A DNA stretch of 64,000 nucleotides from a virus (taxonomy: Duplodnaviria; Caudoviricetes), in the IMG/VR virus record IMGVR_UViG_2799112954_000004, positions 10,459-74,458 of that record; one strand, given 5' to 3'. Position numbers and translations under genes: made by a program. The notes beneath the pieces are model-generated. The model saw nothing but the letters and a program-made list of their open reading frames with translations. It was not told the origin of the DNA and made no database searches. Of the stretch, positions 1 to 10,413 are shown piece by piece. Every line of letters starts with the position of its first letter. Position 1 is the stretch's first letter.

Positions 1-2
1 TT

Positions 3-3000
3 CTGACCGTTTGCAGCACCGAGACGCTGGAGATCATTCTGCCCCACGATAGCCGTATGGAGGTCGTTGTAGATGTTGTTCACACCTGCGAGATGCGACT
101 GCTGACAGGAAGCATTGTTAATCTTATTCACGAGCTTCTGGCAGAACGGAGTTCCATCGGCTACCTGATAGCATGGGCCACGATAATAGCCCGTACCGTC
201 CACGGTCTCCTCGTCACCATTGCTGTGCCATATTGTGCCACGCTGTCCGATAAAAATACCATTGCCGTCAATCCAACCGTCAGGAACCTCAATCAATCCC
301 GTTGTCGTGTCGATGGGATATTGCTTCGGAGTGTTGCCAAGCGGGAAGTCAGCGCCAAGGTCGCCTCCGTAAATCTCCACCACCGTAGAGCCATCGTCGA
401 GCGTCTTGGTATCAGAGATAACGATGCTGCTGTCAAATGCCGAGCGAGGAATACGAATGGTAGCCTTGAACTTCGACATATCGAACTGCTGATTCCAGTC
501 CCAATAAGTCTTGGCAGATGAGCCCTGTGCCTTAGAGAACGGGAACGCCGATGCTTTAAGGCTCTTGTTCCATTCGGAAATGTTACCCGAAAGAATCTCT
601 ATACCCGTGGTACGGCAGAGCGAGCCGGAATGTTTCGGCAGGAAGTTACCGTCCGCATCATATTTCTTAATTTCAAACCATCCGTTGGCATTAGCCGTCT
701 GCAAGAAATACGTCTCCTGGCCGTGCCATAAAAGCGTGTTCTTGCCATGCTTCTGCACTTTGTCGATACTGATAACCTTACCCGACTTGCCTACCTCGTC
801 CGTGTAGATGTCGTTGTCGTCCGCAAGTTGTTTTTTCTCCACCGTAGTGGAACGGGAAGCAATGTAGTTGGTCTGAGCATCAGCATCCGAAAACTCCTTA
901 TTGGCATACATACGCAGCGAATACAGATTAATATCCGCTCCCGTTGTACCTATCACGATGCCACCATTAGACATGGCACCCGTGCAGAACTCGTCACGAT
1001 CCTCCGTGTTGAAATGAATCTCACGCTGCTTGTTACCATTGATAAACACCTTAACCAACCCTATGGTCGTTGTGCTTGGGTCTTTATAGTATTGACTCGT
1101 AGTACCTGGGATATGCACATCCGGTGTGCCATACTTGACACCGTACTTAACGGGATTGACATTGGCGCAGAACGCAATCGTAAGGTGAATCTTGTTACCC
1201 TCACACCAGCCATAATCAATATCCTGATGATGGTCGCCGTATGACTTCACCCAGAACTCGCCTCTCATAGGATAGATGCGCAAGCCACGGAACACACCGC
1301 TCACCGTCTCGCCGAGTTCAAAGATAGGATCGTCCTCATTGACGACATTCTCGACATCGAAATCCATCTCCATCACCATTGATGACTTAGGATTGACACG
1401 GAACTGCGAGAGGGGATTGGTCTTGATTGTCAGCTTACGCCCGGAAGGGATATGGAGCATCTTCGCTGTACCCTTCGACATCCAACCGTCCGTCTGAAAG
1501 TCGAAATTATCAAACACAGAGTCCACAACACTGTTGTCAACCGTATTGATAATACGGGCAGGCTCCTTCTCCGTATTGTTACGTGTGCGAGGATTGAGCA
1601 GGAATGTCGTGCCACTGACAGGAGCATAGCTTTCACTGTTATCAATAGCGATGCTGTACATCGGAACATTGAACGAATTGAGCAGGAAGTCCTTGAGCGT
1701 CCCGTCTGTGTCAGTGAACCATACATGCAGATAAGCATAGAGCGAGGTAGAAGTGGAGTCAATCTCCACGGATGGCACAAACTGCTGCATCTGCGAGCGT
1801 GAAGCCTGCAGATTCTCTTGTTGCTCCACGTACATCTTTACACCGTCAGCCGTAGGAGTCCAGTTGCCGGAGATGTAATTGGAAAGATAGAACGTTACAT
1901 CCACCTTCGTATCTACATCCACGATGATGTTTCCCTGCTCATCTTTCGTAGGCACGAAAAGCGCATAGTCAAAGATTTTGCCCTCCGTGTAGTTCGTGAA
2001 CTTATCGAAATAGGTCAGTTTCTCTGCGTCAGAGAGTGCCGACATCTTATCAGCCGGGATAGCCTGTTGCAAGAGGAAAGCACGCTTATTCTCTATTCCT
2101 TTCGTCTTGGCATCAGCCTCGTTGACAACCATAAAACGGTTGACGATGCCATTACTGTAGATAACACCACCCATGCCGTCCTCGGCAGTGAGATAGACAA
2201 GCACCGTCTTGACTCCATGCGTAAAGAGCTGGGGATTATCCGTGTCGTTGCCTACATTCAGGTTGACGATACTTCCGTTGCTCGTGATACCCGTCTGCAC
2301 ACCGTGCAGCACCTCTGTATTCGTCTCATCATAGATAGCATAATGAAGCGTCTTAGCCACATTACCATTGCAGACATACGACAACGGGAACTTACGTGCA
2401 CCGGCAGTTCCGAGGTTGTTGACCCAAATAGGCGTATAAGGCTGTTGGTTCGTGGATAGCTCAATGCTCAGTGACGTGCGGTTGATACTATTACCGACAG
2501 CCACCCACGTAGACGTGACCTGTTTCTCCGTACCATCATCGCCGGTATATTTGAACGATGCACGCATACGGATTTTCTGCGTTCCCGACGTGAGATACTT
2601 ACCGATGTTGACCTTATCATAATTCGTAGAGGACGTATTGTAATCATGACTCGGAAGGATGCCTGTAAGCGTATCGACATTGCTCCACGTAGAGCCACCG
2701 TCACTGCTTCGCTGGATAGTCAACGAGCCGTTGGCACCGAAGTTCAGTCTTTCTCCCGATGACGTGCGCACAGCCGAGAAACGCACCTTCACGTTGAAGT
2801 CGTTGCCATTCACAACATAGTCGGTACCTACCTTCACATCGGAGAAGAGATAAGCTGCATAACTGTCACCCTGTATCGTAGAGATAGGCAGTGCCTCGTT
2901 GACCAACAACAACGATGCGTTAGCCTCCGGGTCTGACTTATATTTTGTACAGTCATCCTCGGACGCGAAGCCCCAAAGATGATAAAAATTGCTTGCGTCG

Positions 3001-3179
3001 ATGTTCGTTGACCAGCACAAAAAACCGACTTTTTTCTTGATGTCGCTGTCAAGAGACTTCATCTTGTCCTTGATGAACGTCTGTACCGCCTGCCCAGAAT
3101 ATGGCAGTCCGTTGCTTGCATCCTTGCCCCAGTCCGCGTTGATGTCGGGTATCGCGTTCTCGCTTATTTTCTTAGCCAT
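3..3179 (-). CDS. Very large virion/tail-associated protein (partial, runs off left edge); LamG-like region and possible CotH-like region
   Basis: ATG at 3179 (MAKKISENAIPDINADWGKDASNGLPYSGQAVQ...). It is absent from the ORF track, consistent with no stop inside the window. Contains VKVFING...IVIGTTGADINLYSLRMY (LamG-like) and KAQGSSAKTY; lies in the distal tail module. Confidence 0.7.
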   Translation of the reverse strand, partial: MAKKISENAIPDINADWGKDASNGLPYSGQAVQTFIKDKMKSLDSDIKKKVGFLCWSTNIDASNFYHLWGFASEDDCTKYKSDPEANASLLLVNEALPISTIQGDSYAAYLFSDVKVGTDYVVNGNDFNVKVRFSAVRTSSGERLNFGANGSLTIQRSSDGGSTWSNVDTLTGILPSHDYNTSSTNYDKVNIGKYLTSGTQKIRMRASFKYTGDDGTEKQVTSTWVAVGNSINRTSLSIELSTNQQPYTPIWVNNLGTAGARKFPLSYVCNGNVAKTLHYAIYDETNTEVLHGVQTGITSNGSIVNLNVGNDTDNPQLFTHGVKTVLVYLTAEDGMGGVIYSNGIVNRFMVVNEADAKTKGIENKRAFLLQQAIPADKMSALSDAEKLTYFDKFTNYTEGKIFDYALFVPTKDEQGNIIVDVDTKVDVTFYLSNYISGNWTPTADGVKMYVEQQENLQASRSQMQQFVPSVEIDSTSTSLYAYLHVWFTDTDGTLKDFLLNSFNVPMYSIAIDNSESYAPVSGTTFLLNPRTRNNTEKEPARIINTVDNSVVDSVFDNFDFQTDGWMSKGTAKMLHIPSGRKLTIKTNPLSQFRVNPKSSMVMEMDFDVENVVNEDDPIFELGETVSGVFRGLRIYPMRGEFWVKSYGDHHQDIDYGWCEGNKIHLTIAFCANVNPVKYGVKYGTPDVHIPGTTSQYYKDPSTTTIGLVKVFINGNKQREIHFNTEDRDEFCTGAMSNGGIVIGTTGADINLYSLRMYANKEFSDADAQTNYIASRSTTVEKKQLADDNDIYTDEVGKSGKVISIDKVQKHGKNTLLWHGQETYFLQTANANGWFEIKKYDADGNFLPKHSGSLCRTTGIEILSGNISEWNKSLKASAFPFSKAQGSSAKTYWDWNQQFDMSKFKATIRIPRSAFDSSIVISDTKTLDDGSTVVEIYGGDLGADFPLGNTPKQYPIDTTTGLIEVPDGWIDGNGIFIGQRGTIWHSNGDEETVDGTGYYRGPCYQVADGTPFCQKLVNKINNASCQQSHLAGVNNIYNDLHTAIVGQNDLQRLGAANGQ

Positions 3180-3191
3180 AGTATTATCGTT

Positions 3192-3362
3192 TTAATTTTT
3201 CCAACCGTCCGTATTTTTCCATGCTCGCAAGTTCAGCCACATACCGCTGCCGAAGCAGGAGCTGATAGCCTCCCACACGAGCTTTGCTCCCTTGTACACC
3301 GCTGTCACCGCTTTCAAGCCATAATAGCGGGCGCTCATCTCTATGCCACCCTTGTATATCAT
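3192..3362 (-). CDS. Small conserved tail-module protein (56 aa, missed by ORF track)
   Basis: MIYKGGIEMSARYYGLKAVTAVYKGAKLVWEAISSCFGSGMWLNLRAWKNTDGWKN; overlaps the upstream stop (ATGA) and fills the gap between neighbours. Confidence 0.75.
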   Translation of the reverse strand: MIYKGGIEMSARYYGLKAVTAVYKGAKLVWEAISSCFGSGMWLNLRAWKNTDGWKN

Positions 3363-3658
3363 TCCTCCAAGATGTTATAGTAAGTGTCTGCGTCAACGGT
3401 TCCTGCCGTTACAAGCGCGTCGTAGGCCTCTTGTGTCAGCGAGACCATCTTCACCATGTTGGCATTGAGCGTCTTGATGTCCTGCCCTTGCAGGTTCTGC
3501 GCCTTCTGCACACCCTCCACGGTCTTACCCATGTTGGTGTAGTTCGTGCCGAGCGTGTCTACCGACCTCTCGTTGTCCTTGATGGCCTGCACCACAGCGT
3601 TGAACTCCGTGGCCGTAAGCAGGTCGCCATCCCTCTTCGTTACTATATCCAGTGCCAT
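3359..3658 (-). CDS. Tail-module hypothetical protein
   Basis: 99 aa; C-terminal TQEAYDALVTAGTVDADTYYNILEE resembles a short motif of tail-fibre-associated proteins; tight operon packing. Confidence 0.7.
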   Translation of the reverse strand: MALDIVTKRDGDLLTATEFNAVVQAIKDNERSVDTLGTNYTNMGKTVEGVQKAQNLQGQDIKTLNANMVKMVSLTQEAYDALVTAGTVDADTYYNILEE

Positions 3659-3659
3659 G

Positions 3660-3944
3660 TCATACCAGTTTTAGCATCCCGTGGTCTTCGAGGTTCATGT
3701 CAAGCATGTACGGGAATCCGTGACCCTGCGACAGCTCGAACGGGAACGCATAAGTGAAACCTCGTTGTATCTTTGGGTCTATCATGCCGCTTGCCTTGAT
3801 GGAGTTGAGGATGATAGGCATCTCGTTCGTCTTCACCATTGCTTTGCTGCTGTTGAGCATCCTTATGGTGAGACGAACGTGCCCGTCAGTCACATCCTTG
3901 CGGTCTACGATGAACCCTATCTTCTCCTTACTCGCCATTGCCAT
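3660..3944 (-). CDS. Hypothetical protein
   Basis: 94 aa, tightly packed in tail operon. Confidence 0.65.
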   Translation of the reverse strand: MAMASKEKIGFIVDRKDVTDGHVRLTIRMLNSSKAMVKTNEMPIILNSIKASGMIDPKIQRGFTYAFPFELSQGHGFPYMLDMNLEDHGMLKLV

Positions 3945-4212
3945 TGAGCCGCTTTATCAGCTCCCTCTTGATTGTGGCCATGAAAGGACCGTCGTTGATT
4001 ACCTGCATCATCGGGCGGATGTACTCGGCAGGGATCTCCACCGGACCGTCCGAGAAGTAGATGGTCTCGGCCAGCTTGTCAAAGCCGATGTCGCCGACTA
4101 CCGATCCGGTGTACTTCATCGCGTTGCCCAGCACCTTTGCAATGCTGAATACCTTCTCGCTCCCGTTGAACGAAACCGGAACCTTGAACTTTGTGAAATT
4201 AATCTTTGCCAT
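3928..4212 (-). CDS. Hypothetical protein (possible tail-fibre chaperone)
   Basis: MAKINFTKFKVPVSF...; start moved to 4212 because of an A-rich initiation region. Confidence 0.65.
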   Translation of the reverse strand: MAKINFTKFKVPVSFNGSEKVFSIAKVLGNAMKYTGSVVGDIGFDKLAETIYFSDGPVEIPAEYIRPMMQVINDGPFMATIKRELIKRLNGNGE

Positions 4213-4223
4213 ATATCTTAGAT

Positions 4224-4550
4224 TTATAAAAAGTGAATCCATGAGTAATGCTTTCGCACGTCGAGATAGAACCACGCACCTTGATTGGCATAGGCCTCAC
4301 GCTCAAAGGAGATGTTTCTGTATGCCTTATGCCAGTTGCGCATAACGAGAAGCCGGATTAAGAACTCCAGTACGTACAGAAGGTAGAAGCCGACAAAGGC
4401 CAGCTCCTTCTCCTGCTCCCAATGAATGTTTTCATGATTGACATCTTCCATGGTCATATCACAACCCTTGCGGACGAATATCACATTCAAGATGGTTATC
4501 GCCTTATATCCCTTTGGAGGGAGTATGTTGCTATGAATTATTCTCATCAT
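4224..4550 (-). CDS. Hypothetical protein with HExxH motif and hydrophobic segment
   Basis: HENIH motif followed by LAFVGFYLLYVLEFLIRLL. Confidence 0.7.
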   Translation of the reverse strand: MMRIIHSNILPPKGYKAITILNVIFVRKGCDMTMEDVNHENIHWEQEKELAFVGFYLLYVLEFLIRLLVMRNWHKAYRNISFEREAYANQGAWFYLDVRKHYSWIHFL

Positions 4551-4562
4551 AATCTTATATTT

Positions 4563-7500
4563 TTACCAATCACGTGGATTCTTCCATTGTACCCAACAAC
4601 CTTTGAACGTCTTGGAACCGCCACTATACTTTTTGTCATAAACTGTATATTGAAGCGATTTGAAGAAAACAAAGGTCATTGCATCAGACTCGCTACCCAA
4701 CTTTAAGTTTGCATCAGCTATATACTGTTGGTCGTTCACAAGCATAAACGTGTCGTTTGTCTCTGTGGAGTAAGTGACACTAAAGCCTGATGAGCTCGAA
4801 ACAAGTTTCTTGTATTTGCCGGGGCACACATAAACACTATTTCCGCCCTTTCCTCTTTTTATCATCAGTACGTGACCATCATCAGCATCCGTCATTTCCG
4901 GAAGGGTAATATATCTGTCACGTGAATATGTAGTGTAGTCATCAGTGGCCTTTGCACGATAGGAGAACTGAGTATTTACCAACACTGCATTCATGTACTT
5001 TGTGAGAGTGTTATAAACTGGAATATTATCCAAATTCGTTTTTACTCCATTGTACATCTGTTGAAAAGAACTATTTGTTATCTCTTCAAGACCCAAAGAC
5101 TGAGTATGGATGGCCAACCCTGATATACACCCACCTTGTAGTTTAAGGGCGATATTTTTATCCATTGAACCACTAACATCAATAACAACGCCTGTCTTAG
5201 ACATCAAGCTGTTGCTGTCGTTGTCTTTGAACCATCCAAGATAGTCATACCCAAGTGAGCTAAATGGCCCTACAACAACCTGTCTGCCGTTATTGTTAAA
5301 GCCTATCTCATCGTCAGTGAGCCACATACCGTCATTATTGGTGTTACTGAGCCCGTCAGTGAGACCAAGATAACCTCCGTTAATCTTGAAGTTACCTATC
5401 TTTCCACTCGTAGCATTGATAGTGCCACTAATGGTTGCATTAGCAGCCTCTATACTCCCATCTTCAAGTACCTTAAAGTAGGAGTTAGCCGTAACCAACC
5501 CCTCCAGCTCGATGTTGTCCGCCTTGATTTTAGCATTTGAGATATAATTGTTGCCGTCTTTAGTAACATATACACTCATAGAAGCAGTCTTGACGATAGT
5601 CCCGTCAGCTTCTACAGCCTTGGCGTACATTCCCGCAAAGGCAGACACATCAAGTTTATCGTCAAGTAGTCCTTTCAGCTCTCCGTTTTTCCATGTATCA
5701 AAGTCAGTGGTAGCAACAAGCCCACTCTTGCTAACGTTACTCACGTTTCCATCGCTGTCAAGAGTTACCTTTTCCGAGAACAGTTCGCTGAACATCGTCC
5801 TCGTGATAAGTCCACTCGCATCCGTCGCACCCTTACCGTCAGAGCCGAATACTACAAGCCTCAGCTCATCACCGAGGTTGTCGATGATTGCACGAGTGCA
5901 TTCTTTCAGCGTCTCCCAACTCTTGCCGTTGTACATCAGCACCTCTACGTTGCCATCCACGGTCTCATCCTTGAACGGGTCGTGCCACTTGATATTCCGC
6001 AGCACAAGGTCGTAGAGCTTCATGTTCTGTGTCTGCACGGAACTGAAACAGGTGAGCGTCTGTTGGCCAACGATGTCAAACACCGTCTTGAACGCCCCCG
6101 CGTAGCTGTCTGAGTCGATAATCGACCATGAGGAAGAGACGTACCTGCGCAGGTTCGTACCGTCAAACCATAAATCTCCGTCCGTAGCTGACGCTGGCTG
6201 ATTGCTGGAGAACGCCACGGCAATCTTCCCGTGGTTTTGAATGTAACCGCCCGACAGCTCGTATATCTTGTCACCAAGCATGGCCAGCTGGATGCGTGGG
6301 TCTTGCTTCGTCGACAGCTCCGAGAGGTCGGTCCAGTCTTCCAACCGTTCAAGGCTGCTCGTTGTGTCGCCGCTCTCCCGATCCACAAGACTTATCATCA
6401 CATTGTTGCCGTTGCCGGTCTGTATCCACATGTCGCCTTTCTTGTAGGGAGGTGTAGGCACGGCTTCGGTGACGAACGTCTGTACCTTCTCATCTGCAGA
6501 AGACTGGGCGTTATCTGCAAGCTCCTTGGCGTACTTAGACAGCAGGGTGATGTACGCAGACTTGGCCGCACACATATTAGACCATGCCGTTCTGAATGAA
6601 TCAGCGTCGATGGTGCTTGTGTCAGTGATGTACTCCTTGGTGTCAGTAAATGAACGCATAACAGGCGGGTCTTGCAGCCATTGCGGAAGGATGAGCTCCG
6701 AGTTGCTGTCTAACTGAATCGTCCATCCGGTTGAGGTGGAAGCAGTCGTATTCATCAATGAGCCGACGCCTTGGAAGCAAACCTCAACATTGTTGAAAGC
6801 ATCTTTGATGTCGTCATTATAGAATTTGCCATCACTGTCCTTACCCTTATCTTGAAGCCCATTGTTGTCATATAGCTCATGGTAGAAAGCAAGGAAATCA
6901 CGTTTGATGATAATCTTCTCGCTTGGGTCGAGCTTACCGTCTGAAACGATGTCATCAATTCTCTCCTTCTGTTTGTCTGCAGTGGACTGAGCATTGTCGG
7001 CCAATTCCTTAGCTTTGGCAGAGATCATCTTCAGTACTGCGGCAAAGGCAGTGTAGTAGGCAGTCCATGTATTCCTATAGGTGACTGCATTAATCGTAGG
7101 TGTCTTGCTGAGGTCAGTGTCAACGGTCACGTCAAGCCAAGAGGGAGTGGTCCCGCTGCTGAGGTCGCTTGATGTGTAGCTGGTGCCATTGTTTAGCATG
7201 GTGGCCACTGCGTAGAAGGCAGTTTTGTACGTATTCCAAGTTTCCTCGCCCAGCAGTGAGTAGTCATCTGCCTGCTCGTAATACTTGTTATAGTTGCTCA
7301 CTGCCTTGCTCCACTCTATCAATAGCTCTGACTTCTCAGAGCCACGACTGATGATTCCGTCTGAAACGATGTCGTTGACCTGATTCTGCAGGTCTCTCGC
7401 TTTCTCCAGTGCGTCGATGGTGTCTTGGTCGGTCACTTCCTCCCAATAATAGGTCGTAGTGGTCGTAGTCGTCTCACTAATCCACCTCCAAGCACGGCCA

Positions 7501-10361
7501 CCGTCAGAGGCAGGGGCAATGTCTGTGTCGTAGAACAGGTCCTGCACGTGAAGCGCCTTCAGAGCATCGGTTTTCCACTCGCTTGCAGGATAGTTTGCGG
7601 TCGAGAAATCCTCGCCCTTCAACGGATGTGGAGCGTAGGCCTCAAAGTAGATGTCGAATTTCTTGTCTGCCTGAGCTTGAATCTCGGCTATTTGCTTCAT
7701 CAGGGCCTCTATCTGCTCGTCGATGCTCTTGCCGTCGGGGTAGGTAGTGGTGTCGTTCACCGAGTGGAACTCGCCGTAGATGATGTTCCCCTTGGGCGAC
7801 AGCTGGAGCGTCGGCTTGGTCAGCATGAAGTGCTTGCCGTTGGCTCCGAGGTCGCTGTACTCCATGATGGCAGGGGCACTCTCGCCCTCTACCATGAGGT
7901 AGATGGCTCCTTGTCTTGCCGAGTTCGTCCAGTTACCGAGCTGTACGATGGTGTCGTTAGCCTCCGGATAGTCCGATTTCTCGTCGCAGTCGTTCATCGA
8001 GATGTCAACATACTGATACTCCGTCTTGTCCGACAGTGCCGCGATAGCTCCTTTCCCAACACCCGTGGCGCGCCGCCACCAATATTTGTTGGAGACATTC
8101 TTGTGTACACCCTCGTCAATGTTGAACGTCTTGCAGATAACCTGATCATCGGCGGCAAAATAGTTCATCGTCGCTGTGGTGCCATTGTCCGAGTACAAAT
8201 AGCATCTGAAGGTGTATGCCTCGCTCGCTTGGTGACTGCTCTTGTCAAGCACGACCCCGTTAGCGTCCAACCATTCCACATAGTATATCTTCCCTCCGGC
8301 AGAGCTGAAAAGATAGTTGCCACCAACATAGCTGATCTTCCGTATCTCAAGCTCTGCAAAGAAAGCCTTCACTCGCACAAGAAGCTCGTCAACCTCCAAA
8401 CGGCTGCGCTTTCCGCCGTTATTGGTGGTACGCTCTATCAACTCGAAGCCACTGCCAAATAGATTGTCTTCGTTAACTTTATTTCTGTATTCGTAAGTCT
8501 GAAGGCCGCGACGAGCACCGTAACCGTTCGTGAATGTCCACAGACTGGAGATGTTGTCATTCTTGCGCTTGTGGGCAAAGTCTCTCTCAGTTCTGAGTGC
8601 AGACAAGACGTTCCTATCGGTTGGGGTGGTGACATCGGTTGTTGTAATCACATACAGATTACTACCTCCATTGCCACTACCATTGTTGTTGTATGTTCCG
8701 CCCCTAAAATTGATAGAGTCAAACTTTGTGTTTACCGTAGCCTCCAAATCCTTTCGGTATGAGTATGCGGTATTCTCGCCAATGATGACCTGGAAGCTAT
8801 CGTATGGGAAATCAAGCTTATACTCAAAGCCAATAACTCTCGACTCTCGTGAGCCAGTCTTCAGAAATGCTTCGCTCTTAAGCAGTACACGCTGACCAAT
8901 GGAGAACTTTCCTACCATGGAGTAATTCTCGTCCTGCTGACCGTCGTTCAATCCGTACATATAGTCCGACATCATCGTGCATGTGTACGTACTCGGATCT
9001 ATCTGCAGTTTCTTGGCGTATTCCTTAGTCCTCTCGAGCAATGCCTTTTCAGCATCCTCGATGAGTCCGAGTTTATCCATCTTTGTAGCATCCCATCCAA
9101 TAAGCACGAACTTATCGCCTTCGGCCGGCTTCAGCGTATCGTTGGGGAGGTCAACACCGTATGTATTATTTCTCACCAACTCAAACCACTGAGAGTCAGC
9201 GTTCACAGATGTGGTCTTTGTTCCATCGTCAGTCGTGATCTCTACAGTCTCTGATTCCCCGTCTGGATTGAAAGCAAGGTCAAAAACCATTCCTGCTAAC
9301 TTTCCAGTGGAAAATACAGCCTGCAACGTAACACCTTCAAGAATATACTCTTTCTTGAACGAGAGCGAAGAATCCTTAATACGGTATATGTTTACCTTGG
9401 TGGTGGTCGATGTCTCATCAGTCGCATCTGTTGTGGTTCCTGCATCCGCCTCGATGGTGTCTGTTGCATTGATAGTCTTCTCAACAGCCTTTACCTCTGT
9501 CACCTTATTATCCATTTTCGGATACACGTCATCAAAGGTAACGATACCTTCAACAGACTCCTCGATATGGGAAACGCCATCAATCTGCACGTAAGGCGTT
9601 CCTTTAGGCAGCATAAGCCTTTTCTGAACAACACCATTCAGAAGCACCTGGCTGTCACTCTTGCGGTAATTGGAGGGGAGGTTGTTAGTGGAACCGAAAG
9701 CGTACAGAGTGGTAACGTATGACTGTGATGAATTGCTTGCGCTAATCTTCTCAACGTTCACGCCTTGCTCCAATTCGATGTCACTGCCAAGCTCTACACG
9801 ACCAAGGGTGATGATGTTGTCAGATACAATCCACTCAGTGTCAAATGCCTCAGCAATCTTTGTCAGAGCATCCAAGATGCTGATATTATCGAACTGGATA
9901 TATATACTCTTCGTGGCATTTACCACATCCTTGATGTTATAAGTAAAATCCCACCCGTAGTAGGCGAGATTTCTTATTAGCACCTCCATGTGGTTTGCCA
10001 AGGTGTCGGTGAGGGCCCATGATGCTTCAAAACGATCGTTCTTTGGCTCGTACTTATACTTCTTGTTTCCCCACTTATAGCACTCAGCATTGAACTGCAG
10101 CTCATAGCTATATGAGCCAGTCTCGGTGTCGTAGGTGGGCTTCTGGATTTCGGTTATCTCGAACTTCTGCTTACCGCCATCGCTTTGGAGATAGATATAG
10201 TCACCCAAGCCGAACGATTTTTTGTCGTACAGCTTGAAACATAGCTTCACGTAATCGTACTTCATAAGCTCAACGTGATAGACTGAGTTTTCCTCAGCTA
10301 CCACCTTGCACTTCTCGGTTCCGTCTATGTCGTATATTGAGTATTCAGCTATTGAGTCCAT
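4563..10361 (-). CDS. Large tail tip/host-specificity protein (Tal/hub-like N-terminus)
   Basis: 1932 aa directly after the Dit-like gene; N-terminal tail-hub region (TTLYAFGSTNNLP), internal repeated modules. Confidence 0.8.
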   Translation of the reverse strand: MDSIAEYSIYDIDGTEKCKVVAEENSVYHVELMKYDYVKLCFKLYDKKSFGLGDYIYLQSDGGKQKFEITEIQKPTYDTETGSYSYELQFNAECYKWGNKKYKYEPKNDRFEASWALTDTLANHMEVLIRNLAYYGWDFTYNIKDVVNATKSIYIQFDNISILDALTKIAEAFDTEWIVSDNIITLGRVELGSDIELEQGVNVEKISASNSSQSYVTTLYAFGSTNNLPSNYRKSDSQVLLNGVVQKRLMLPKGTPYVQIDGVSHIEESVEGIVTFDDVYPKMDNKVTEVKAVEKTINATDTIEADAGTTTDATDETSTTTKVNIYRIKDSSLSFKKEYILEGVTLQAVFSTGKLAGMVFDLAFNPDGESETVEITTDDGTKTTSVNADSQWFELVRNNTYGVDLPNDTLKPAEGDKFVLIGWDATKMDKLGLIEDAEKALLERTKEYAKKLQIDPSTYTCTMMSDYMYGLNDGQQDENYSMVGKFSIGQRVLLKSEAFLKTGSRESRVIGFEYKLDFPYDSFQVIIGENTAYSYRKDLEATVNTKFDSINFRGGTYNNNGSGNGGSNLYVITTTDVTTPTDRNVLSALRTERDFAHKRKNDNISSLWTFTNGYGARRGLQTYEYRNKVNEDNLFGSGFELIERTTNNGGKRSRLEVDELLVRVKAFFAELEIRKISYVGGNYLFSSAGGKIYYVEWLDANGVVLDKSSHQASEAYTFRCYLYSDNGTTATMNYFAADDQVICKTFNIDEGVHKNVSNKYWWRRATGVGKGAIAALSDKTEYQYVDISMNDCDEKSDYPEANDTIVQLGNWTNSARQGAIYLMVEGESAPAIMEYSDLGANGKHFMLTKPTLQLSPKGNIIYGEFHSVNDTTTYPDGKSIDEQIEALMKQIAEIQAQADKKFDIYFEAYAPHPLKGEDFSTANYPASEWKTDALKALHVQDLFYDTDIAPASDGGRAWRWISETTTTTTTYYWEEVTDQDTIDALEKARDLQNQVNDIVSDGIISRGSEKSELLIEWSKAVSNYNKYYEQADDYSLLGEETWNTYKTAFYAVATMLNNGTSYTSSDLSSGTTPSWLDVTVDTDLSKTPTINAVTYRNTWTAYYTAFAAVLKMISAKAKELADNAQSTADKQKERIDDIVSDGKLDPSEKIIIKRDFLAFYHELYDNNGLQDKGKDSDGKFYNDDIKDAFNNVEVCFQGVGSLMNTTASTSTGWTIQLDSNSELILPQWLQDPPVMRSFTDTKEYITDTSTIDADSFRTAWSNMCAAKSAYITLLSKYAKELADNAQSSADEKVQTFVTEAVPTPPYKKGDMWIQTGNGNNVMISLVDRESGDTTSSLERLEDWTDLSELSTKQDPRIQLAMLGDKIYELSGGYIQNHGKIAVAFSSNQPASATDGDLWFDGTNLRRYVSSSWSIIDSDSYAGAFKTVFDIVGQQTLTCFSSVQTQNMKLYDLVLRNIKWHDPFKDETVDGNVEVLMYNGKSWETLKECTRAIIDNLGDELRLVVFGSDGKGATDASGLITRTMFSELFSEKVTLDSDGNVSNVSKSGLVATTDFDTWKNGELKGLLDDKLDVSAFAGMYAKAVEADGTIVKTASMSVYVTKDGNNYISNAKIKADNIELEGLVTANSYFKVLEDGSIEAANATISGTINATSGKIGNFKINGGYLGLTDGLSNTNNDGMWLTDDEIGFNNNGRQVVVGPFSSLGYDYLGWFKDNDSNSLMSKTGVVIDVSGSMDKNIALKLQGGCISGLAIHTQSLGLEEITNSSFQQMYNGVKTNLDNIPVYNTLTKYMNAVLVNTQFSYRAKATDDYTTYSRDRYITLPEMTDADDGHVLMIKRGKGGNSVYVCPGKYKKLVSSSSGFSVTYSTETNDTFMLVNDQQYIADANLKLGSESDAMTFVFFKSLQYTVYDKKYSGGSKTFKGCWVQWKNPRDW

Positions 10362-10365
10362 GTTG

Positions 10366-10398
10366 CAAATTTAACTAAAAGTATTTGAAACACAAATA
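10366..10398 (-). promoter_or_regulatory. Class II promoter with TATTTG-N5-CAAATA palindrome
   Basis: Minus strand TTTG-19 nt-TAAATTTG; palindrome at 10382-10398. Confidence 0.65.
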
Positions 10399-10413
10399 CA
10401 TTTAACATCTAAT

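Noticed and set aside
3184-3396. 70-aa minus-strand ORF from the track
   Set aside because: An overlapping frame (3192-3362) gives a more phage-like protein with ATGA coupling
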